A DNA stretch of 61,731 nucleotides from Octopus bimaculoides (lineage: Eukaryota). Under the pieces are notes generated by a model, which saw only the letters and a program-made list of their open reading frames with translations, was not told the DNA's origin and searched no databases. The position numbers were made by a program, and so were the translations under genes. This document shows, piece by piece, positions 27,845-38,400 of the stretch (within the stretch, counting starts at the first letter, position 1; each line of letters begins with the position of its first letter). The stretch is from NCBI RefSeq assembly GCF_001194135.2, contig NC_068982.1:121944550-122006280 (forward strand), read 5' to 3'.

Positions 27845-30800
27845 TGTGTGCCTGTGCTTGTCCTACCACCATTGCTTGACAACCGATGTTGGTGTGTAAC
27901 ATAGCGGTTCAGCACAAGTAACCGATAGAATAAGAATCAGGCTTACAAAGAAGTCCTGGGGTCGATTTGTTCAACTAAAAGGTAGTGCTCCAGCATGGCC
28001 ACAGTTAAATGACAGAAAAGAATAAAAGAATCTCTAAGTTTCCTTATTTCAAAATACTGCTTCAGTACTAAGATACTTCTTACTCATTAGACAATATATT
28101 TATCAAAAGTGTTTATACACATTAATTTAACAACAAAAATGTTCTATGTAATGCTAACCACTATTAATGAAACAAACTGAGCAGATTTATTATATTCTGA
28201 GCATGTAGACAGATTAGTTCTACAACTTGTAACACAAATAAAGATAGTTCACTAATTTTTTGATTGTGTTTTGTGACATTAAACAAATGCATCAGATAAT
28301 TCTTTTATAAAAATCATGAAAAATATTTCATCTTTGCACAAAAAGTATACGTAGCATTCTGTAGAGATCATGTAGAGGTTTCTCATTATCCAGAAGACGA
28401 GACTGCACTAGTCTATGGATGTAGTTTACCTAATAAAATAAAAATGACTTCTTTAATGTATTTTTTTTAATATTCATGTATAACATAATGTTTAAAATGA
28501 ATTTAGTCGAACAGAAAAATAACACAGCTTGAAACAGTATTACAAGTGATATATTCCAAATTGTTGAATATGTATGCAAGTATATGTACAAATTTGAAAA
28601 AAATCTCTAAAATATTTTTTGACTGAGATTATTCCTTATAAAATCACTAAATGTACCAATTATGGATCCTTATGAACACATAACAATAAAACAAATAAAA
28701 TAATAAATTATTTATTAATAGCCACATCTTGATATATGGTGATAATCCTTTCTTCTATAGGCACAAGCCCTGAAATTTTGTAGGAGGGGACTAGCCAATT
28801 ACATCAACCCCAGTGCTTGATTGGTACCTATTTTTATTGACCCCAAAAGTATGAAATGCAAAGTTGACCGTGAAGGTATTTGGACTCAAAATGTAAAGAT
28901 GGGCAAAATGCCACTAAGCATTTTTGTCTGGCATGTTAACGATTCAGCCAGCTCACCGCTTTCATACATGGTAATAATGAGAAAGGAACTTTGGCTAAAA
29001 CATTAAAACAATGTGCATTATTTTTAAATGTATTTGAACCATGCTTCAATTAGTTTAAAATTAGACGCCAATTAAGTGTTTCTTTTGCTAAGTATTTGAC
29101 ACATTAAGCTACTTTTTTAATGTAAATAACATTTTACAGAAACTAAAATTCAAGAAGAATGTTAGCTCACACATTGAAAAAGAAATTGTTATATTAAAAA
29201 ATATCAGCAAATTTCTCTATTACTGAAAATCCCAAGTTGAAAGTGCCACTATAATGATGTATATATCTCTTGAAATAAAATTTACTTAGAAAAATATTTG
29301 AATATGTAAATACTAAAATTCAACAAGTAAATCGATGCTTTAAACTTAGAACTATTAAATGTTTACCTGCAGAGAGTGGACCAAGCTTTTTCCATCTACA
29401 AAAACATTTTTAAAAAAAGCATAGAATGATCAACAGAAATATAAAATGAACAGGTGATAGGTCTAATTTCATATGAAAATATTAAATTGAAAGACTATAA
29501 CAACTCTTAAGATTAATTAGTTCTACATGTTTCAATCAATTTTTAAATAAATATCTTTATGGGATTACATTCTTATTTTAATTAAACTGTTTCAATTAAT
29601 TGTTGTCAATAAGCCCTATATTGGGTTTAACTAGTCAGATCAAATATCAAAAGCCTCCCAGACATGACCACCTCTTTATTTTTCATAGGCATAGTGTACC
29701 TGAAGTCCAGTATTCAAAGTATCGTTTTTTTAAAGACAGTATGAGCTAAAGAAGATTTAGCAGATAGTTCTAACAGTTCAAGCAACTATATAGAGGCTCC
29801 CACATTGTATGACATATGCCATGGGACTAGTCATGGATATTCATGCTTATTTTCATATTTGATAGTAAGTATTTAAAGAATTAAAAGATTCAGTAGTTCA
29901 AATTGATAAGCTGCCAGCCTAGACATGACCACCCAGTCCTTTTCCTAGGCATAGCATACCAGGACATAATCTATTGTCCCTTTTTTTTTTAAGACAGCAA
30001 AGTGTGATATGAGGAAAATTTAGCTGCTAATTCCAGCAATTTGTGCAAGAGTTTGTATTCTAATACCAACAGTTGCTGTTTCTGCAGTCAAATCATTTTA
30101 TTTGTATTGGTCATGCCTAAGCAAGCCAAGTGAAATTGTAGTCATGGCCAATGCCAGTGTTGCATAATTGGCACCTGTGCCGGTAGCATGTAAAAAGCAC
30201 CCTTCGAATGTTGGGCCTCATGGAAGCAGTGACAAGGGACCAAGACCTATGGTAATATACTGTGCTTGGGAGGACCTGTCAAGCCAAATGAGATCATAGT
30301 CATGGCTGATGCTGGTGTTACATAACTGGCACGTGAAAAGTACCCACTACACTCTCGGAGTGGTTGGTGTTAGGAAGGGCATCCAGCCATAGAAACCATG
30401 CCAAATCAAATTGGAACCTGTGCAGCTCCCCAGCTTACTAGTTTTTCAGTCAAACTGTCCAACCCATACCATCATGGAAAGTAGGTGTTAAATGATGATG
30501 CTGATGATGAGCTAAATTTGAGGAAGTAGTGTCATTAGCTTACAGTGCTAAGCTTAAGTCACTCTATGGTAACCCTAGGGAAATATTGATACCTTTTTCA
30601 TTGAATACTTCACTGAAGTTTCTATAGATGATTTTTTTTAATACACAAATCACTAGGGATAGTCTACAACTCAAAAATGATCCTTTAACTTAGTGCATCA
30701 CTAAATTTGCCCTGCAATATTCTTTCTGTTCGACTTCCTATATTCTGAAGAACATTTCTAAAATTATATTTTTAACATTTTTATGGAGAAGCTTCAAGAA

Positions 30801-33800
30801 CATTTGTGGAATCTTGGTTATTCAACATTTATTTGTTTTAACTAGGTTAACTGCCATATCGATTTTGTCTACCATTCTTCTGGTGTCAATAAAATTTCAA
30901 TCTTTCAAATTTCTTTTGAATTTCACACAAATTCTTAAAATCCCTTATTGTTTGGATGTTTTGAGAAGTAATGGAATCATTTCAAAAAGATACAAAATGA
31001 TATTAAAAATAAAAGTCCCAATCAAATACTGGCTTTGGTTCAACAGTCTACAGTTCTACCCAAAAAATGTTGGCTTTTTGTCAAAACATATATGAATAGT
31101 AAAAAAAAAAATCAACCTATATCAGAGATATCAATATATATAACTTGATTAAGAGAAATATTTAAACAATACCAACCACCAGTCTGATGATCTTCTACCA
31201 AAATAGCAATGTCTAGTAATCGCCATGGTATAGTAGGACTGTCTCCCATCAGAGTTAGTGTCACCTGAATCACATCAAAAATATTCTTACAGGTAACAAA
31301 TACTCCAGAAAGAATACATCAAGATAAAGTCACATCAATCAAGATACTAAAATTAGATAACCTTTCAGTTTTAATACGAAGAAAATACTAAAGATAACTG
31401 AATTAAAATATCAATACGATTATATTAAAATATGTTGAAACAGTGGGAATGTATATAGAAGTTAATCTATCTTAATATTGCCTCTTTACAAATAAACACT
31501 TCTATCTAAAGAGAGATACTAATTAAACTTACCTCAAATTCATGTTCCACAAGAAACTTTACTCGACCATTTTCTAAACAATAAACAAAATAAGGAAAAT
31601 CAATTTTAACTATAATATAGGATAATGCATTTGATTAAAAACAAGAATTTAAAATTAAGTTAGTAAAATATAACTCATAGTTCACAAAAGAATTGAAAAG
31701 TAGAATAGGCATAGAAAAAAGATCAAGCATTTCATCAAACAGATATCCTATGTTTTGGGGTTTTTTTTTTTTTTTGAGGTCTTTTTCTTTAAAACTTTCC
31801 ATCAACAGATTTTGAAAAGACCTAAGATTTCAGTAGACACAATCTTTTATCTTGTTTTGTCATTAGATTAGGCCATGCTGAAGGGTTTAATGAGACAAAA
31901 CTCCAGTACTTATTTTTTTTCCTTAAGTCTGGTACGTATTCTATCAGTTTCTTTTGCCAAAGCACCATAGAGCCATAAATAAACCAATGCCAGTCAAGTG
32001 GAGGTGGTAACAAATGTTTGCTTGTACATCAGGGATTAAACTAGCCAAATGTATATATACTATTTTTAAAGATGGTTATGATTTGAGAAAGGTCTAGTTG
32101 CTATTTCAAGCATTTGAGTAAGTACATAGATGTCCACATTGGCACATGACTTTGTTCTATAAAGATACATAGTTATGTGTCTATATCATGAAATTTTAGT
32201 CATAAATTCAAAAGAATATTAGTATGTTTTTACAGCACCCACCTAAACTCACAATTCAGCATTGAATATATAAAACAAATCAGATTAATAATTTAAAGCA
32301 ATGTAAAAAACAACTATTAAATAATAATTCAGATGTATGACCATACCTATTTTTAGACGTCTCATTTGTGGAGGAAGCTCACTGCACACTAACCGATACT
32401 CTATCACTTGACTCAATCTTTGTAAAGTGAGGCGTTTCTCTGTCACTGTTATTGGATCAACAGGAACAATTTTGTCCTAAAAAAAGGCAAAGATATTTCT
32501 TTTTTGTCAGAACACTCTTGAAAAAAACATTTTATAAAAACTTCATTTATGTGACGGTTACTTGAAAAGTTCATAGGCTGGCCAAGATACTCTCACAGAA
32601 TGTGATCAAATGAAATTCATTTTTCAACATAGTCCCCATTGCAGTTCACACACTTCTCCCATCGATGTTTTAGTCCTTGGATCACATTGGTGAAGAAGCT
32701 TTTCATCTCATTGGTTGAAAAAGTCATCAACAGCAGATATATCGTCATCACTGAGATACAAGTTCCCAGCCAAGTGTTTTTTCATGTTGGGAAACAAATG
32801 ATAGTCAGATGAGGCCAAACTAGGAGAATATGGAGGATGATGAACCAGTTTAAAACATAGTCATGCACAGAAACAATGTACTTATTATTAATAAGAAGAG
32901 TTGAAATTAATGCATGGAAGATTTCACAGCTCTAGCATCACTCCTTCATGGTCAGCCTATGAACTTTTCAGCCCACCTTCGTAAAATTTTATAAAGATTT
33001 TCTTTTAATTAGAATAAAGCCAAACTTATTAAAAAGGAAAGGGTGTAATAGATTGACACTACCCTAATATATTACCAGTATTTATTTTATAAATACTAAG
33101 TAATGAGATTCAATGTCAATATCAATGGATTTAAATTGAAAACAGGGAGAAAAAGCTAAATACTTTAATGTGTTTAGTTTGACACTACTATTTCACCAGC
33201 CGTTTTATAATAATAGTTAAATTAGTAATGATATCACAATATATTCTCTTCAAATATAAAATAAGATATTTTTTTGTGCTACAATAAAAATGGTTATTGT
33301 AATGAATTTATATTTTGCCGTATAGCAGTACTAATTACATGACAGATATATCACAAACGAAAATAAGAGCAGTAGTTGATCTTACTCGAATGCAGGTTGG
33401 TAATCTGGGGTAGGTCCCAGTTGTTAAGACATCAACAGCATAAGGCAATGGAAAGTTTGGAAGACTAAAATGTAAAGAAAACAAAACAGACTGTATTCAC
33501 CAGCTAGCTCTCACTTTAATTCAGTACAAGTTACAACGGTTAGGCAAATTAATAACATATCAGTCTCTAAATGTGAAAGTGATCACAATCATATGCTACC
33601 AGTACAACTTTATTATGATGGAGTTAAGTTACTGAAATTCCCTAACACAGTAGAGTATTTAAGAGAAACTACTAGAATAGCACTCACTTTCTAGCTGAAA
33701 GGTTTGCATTCTATTAAAGGAAAATAACGTTTGTTTAGCAAGTCAAATGCATTTTAGCTACAGCTGTTTTTCTTCACCTGATCATCCTCATTGTCATTTA

Positions 33801-35400
33801 CAGTCCCTTTTTCCATGCTAGGATGATAAGAAAAGATGAGCCAGAGGGCTCTATGTCTGCTTTGACATAATTTCCACAGTTGGATTCCCTTCCTAACACC
33901 AACTGCACTCCCTCTTTATATATATATATATATATATATATATCGTTTTTGGATTTGGTTTGCAAGATTTTTTATGTGATTTCATGTGTTGAAGCATATT
34001 CTGTTGTGTCTGGGGAGAGTCATTCTCTTATTGTGCCTTAAAAGAGTCAAGACAATTGAAAAGGTTGCAAGATGCAATGAAAATTTTAAGAAAATAAAAA
34101 TAAGAAATAAGTGGAAATTTTACTGGTGAGTGTGTTAAATTTTAAGGCACAATAAGAAAATGACTCTCCCCAGACACAACAGAATATATATATATATGGG
34201 GAGCAACAAAGAAAGGTTTCTGAAGGATATAAATATGTGTATGTTGTGCCATCTGATACATACAAGACAGAAGAGAAAGATGCTTATACATCCATTCATA
34301 TTAAATATCTAACCTGCACACATAAACACTAGATATATGCCTCACAAAGTCTCAGCTAAAAACTTTTTACACAGTTTTTTACTAATGCCAGTAACATGTT
34401 GTAAAGCATCAGTTACTGATGATCCAGAGTGAGAAGCTGGATCCAAATTCAAAAACATACGTAGACACCAAAATACCTGTAACATCACACATCATTCAAA
34501 ATTTTGTAAATGTTGCCAATAATTTGCAGTGGAACCCAGGAATAAACTAACTCCAACTTGTCTCTGCTGATGCAAAACTACTTAATATATACTAGGCAGC
34601 ATACAAGTACATATCTGATTTAGCACAATGTGGTATATTATCCAGTGTGTTTCCAAACCAAACTTAAACAGGTTATATCTGAGGAGAAATATCCATAATG
34701 TTATTTTCTGGGAAAGGAGAAATCATTGCCACAAAAATTAGGAGTTGTAAGCAATAATCACTGACAAGCTTGTTATAAACATTGACAAATAACATTAGTA
34801 ATAATTTTTGCAGGACAAGAAAACTTATTACAACAGGATATAAAGAAAGGCTACAATTTTCTTTGTCAAAGACAGAAAAAGAAGAAAAAGCACACTGAAC
34901 TTACCGAGCATTAACTAAAGTTTCTCTTGCCATTCTGGCCATAGCATCAGCTGTTTCTACAAACAATAATGATTGCTGTTCCAAAAAGTTGCATATTTCC
35001 TACAAATATCAAATTCATTTTAGATGTTGCACAGGTATCAAAATATGTTAATGTTAAGTCTATAGCTATAATACTGTAACATTTAATGTAAACATGTACA
35101 CAATATAACAGATGCTACTAAAGATAAATTGATAACTTTCTATTAATTAAGGTATGGAACAATGGCATTAGGTATATTAATTAGGTAAGTATATGATGAT
35201 AATAGTTCATCTGTCAAATCTGAGGATGACCTAGTGACTGCTAAAACTATAACATATAAGAGAGAGAAATAAGGAAAACAAAAGAAGATGCCTCAAGTTA
35301 TTATGTTCATCTATGGTGATCAATGAAGACAATAACTTTGACCACACAGCACGTCAGCAGAAGAGACAACCATGCAACAGACTGGAGAATTACTACTGCT

Positions 35401-35448
<48 letters not shown>

Positions 35449-38400
35449 TGTGTATTTCTTCTATCTTAATGAATAAAAATTCTTCTGATNNNNNNNNNNA
35501 TAAATGGGTTAATAGAAACCAATGTAGCAAAGAACACAAAATAACTGTGGTTAGCTCCTGTTTTTAAGGCAGGAACTCTTTGAAATTTTGGGTATTTGAG
35601 TATATTTAAGAATTTAAGGATTGGAGAAAACGCATGTTATAATTGCATACTTTATTCCTACATATGTTTCAAAGGATTACAACCTGTGTGATCCATAGGG
35701 ATCTTTGATATTAAAATTGTAACCTTCTCATCAGGGAAAGCATGGGAATCATCTTAAACGTAAGACATTATGACCGATTATGAAAACAATAGATGGATAA
35801 GGTTATGACTTGATTCATTTGAAAAAAAAAAAAAAAACTCTTCAATTGCCTGTGCTATGGAAGTGACAGTATTTCAGTCACAAATGTGTGATGTCCAAAC
35901 CCCTGCAATGAAAGGTCTGTCATTGGCTCCAAGCAGTTTCATTATCTACTTTGACATTATTATTTTGTTAATGTTGAGATAAAAAAAAATAGCATTCACT
36001 TGCTTTCAAATAAAGTTAGTATATACTTATTTTCATATTTTCATAAACTAACAATATATGATGTCTGATAGTTAGTAGTGTTTGATAGGATATTTATCTT
36101 GATGTTTATATCAATGTCATAGAAAGATAGTTGAAACAGTTGGTAAAAAAAAGAGTGCTACATAAAGTGTTCAGTTAAGATTATGGCTTGAATGCCAAAA
36201 AGCACTTTGCACTTGAAATAAGAGATTTTGTTATAGAACAGCTGACAAATGAAGACAACTTATCAGAAGGATGTAGTGTCAAAGATTTATCTGTGATAAG
36301 TAGTAAAAAAAAAAAAAAAAAAAAAAAGCAGGAAGCAAATGTGCCTAGTATTGTAGAAGTAGTAGAGTCAATAAAAATGATGTGGATTAAATAAAGGATA
36401 AGTTAATTAAACAGAAAGAAATGAAGTTAGAAATAATCATTGAAGTTTTCCCGTTATTTGCAATTTTCTTCTTTTAAATCTCACTAATTCTAACCTTGAA
36501 TAAATATTGTTTTAACTAGGAAAATATTGTTTTGATGTGAAAATAACTGATACATAAAGTCTACATGTGCAAATGAATTGTCTGGATATTGTAATATAAA
36601 TGGTTACTTAGCAAATAGGAAATTGTTTGCACAAGTGACAAACATAAAAAGGATTGCAATACAAATGACTGATTTATGTTTTATATGATAAATAAGCATA
36701 GGTATTCATAATGGTAGCACAAATCATCAAGTAACAAACTAATTCCAAAATAAATATTGGGTTAGACAGCTGTTGTCTTAAAAATCTCTCAGCAAAATGT
36801 ATTTGAGTTGTTAAGAAAGAAATCATATAAGTGACAAAAAATTTACCCCGCATTTATCCACTTTACTAGCGCTATTAGCCCACTTCACCAAGGCCAAGAG
36901 GCGAACAAATAACTGGCGTGTTCTCTGTGAAAACTGGACAATCTCTATTTTTCTGAAATAAACAAAAATAATAAATATATAAAATAAAACAGGACATCTA
37001 TGCAGCAAGTTTACTCAATATGTGAAAGCATTTTTAATGTTTACACTATACCTAAAACACACCACAAACATTGATAAACCAAACACCTCAAAGTTGTTCT
37101 CTTTTAGCTTAGCAAAATTCCTTTAAATTTAACTTTAATATTATCTTTCAACAAGACTAAATATGAAATAAAGTGTTAATGTAAACTGTATTAAATATCA
37201 TAAACAGTATTATACACAGATGGATAAAGAAATTCTAAGAACAGGAAACCAGCATCGAAGACAAACCATGCAGTGGAAGACCATCAATTGCAACCAATGA
37301 TATGAATCACCAGCAACAGAATAAATTGATTCAGGCAGACAGATGCAGCACAACCTGTGAACTTGCTACACGACTGAACTGTTGTCATAATACATAGGAG
37401 ATGATGGATGACTGAGTATCAGAAAGTGTGTGTAAAGTGGATAGCTTGGTTGATGAGACTAGATTTGAAGGAGAGAAAGGTGGAAGTCTACTTCAATCTG
37501 CTGTAAGTATTTGAAGCCACTGAAAACATGGTTTTGCCCACTTTTACCTTACTTCCAGTACAACCTTTGTATATACACTCAATTTCTACATCTAGATCTC
37601 TCCATAACTCTCTTTCACCCATCACCAACAACTTCTTTCAAGACAAATAAGAATTACCCATGCCATTAAAATATTAATGTAAAAAAAATGTATTATTTAC
37701 CGTTCCATATCTGATTTTCGTGGAAGCCTGTAAAATAAAATTTTTAGAAAATGAAGATATTTGAACAATTAATATATTTTTGTTATGCAAATTATATTTG
37801 AGCCTAACATAAAATAATAGCAACACAAGTGTTTCCTTGAGACAAGTTGGGGAGCAAGAAGTGTGGCTCTTTGAACAAAATAACAGTCTATCAACAACAG
37901 CTGATAGAAGAATTGAAACCTCAAAACGGGTAATCTACTGCTAATGAAATGCCGAAATATCAGCAAGAGAGACAATCTCATAATCCACATAAGTACTACA
38001 TAGTTACCATATCCACAGCAATCACATAAATGACTGGATGAGAATCTTTGAAGCACTCTTCTACAGCCAAATACTCTTCTTGATGCTCATCCTTATTTAT
38101 TTTCAGATGAAGTACTTTGTTCAGATAGGGTTCTTCTTCAACATTTAGGAGAATTGTAACATTTGGATAAATGTGAAAGTCAACAAATTTTATTTGAGCT
38201 TACAAAATTCATAAAATATATATAAATACTTATATACTCTTAAGAGTGATGCATATACATTGGACCTCATGGAAGCAAAGTTGCTGAGCTCCCTACGAGT
38301 GTTGAGCCTCATAGAAGCAATGACCAAGACCTTTGGCATCATGTTGTGTTTGAGAAGAAGACCCGTCAAACCAAGCAAAATCACAGTCATGGCAGATACC

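Noticed and set aside
34056-34090. Hammerhead-like variant UUGAAAA-stem-GAAA (U3:A8 covariant core) in the inverted repeat
   Set aside because: Stem II register is off by one base and no stem I can be formed in this copy; only a family consensus could rescue it.
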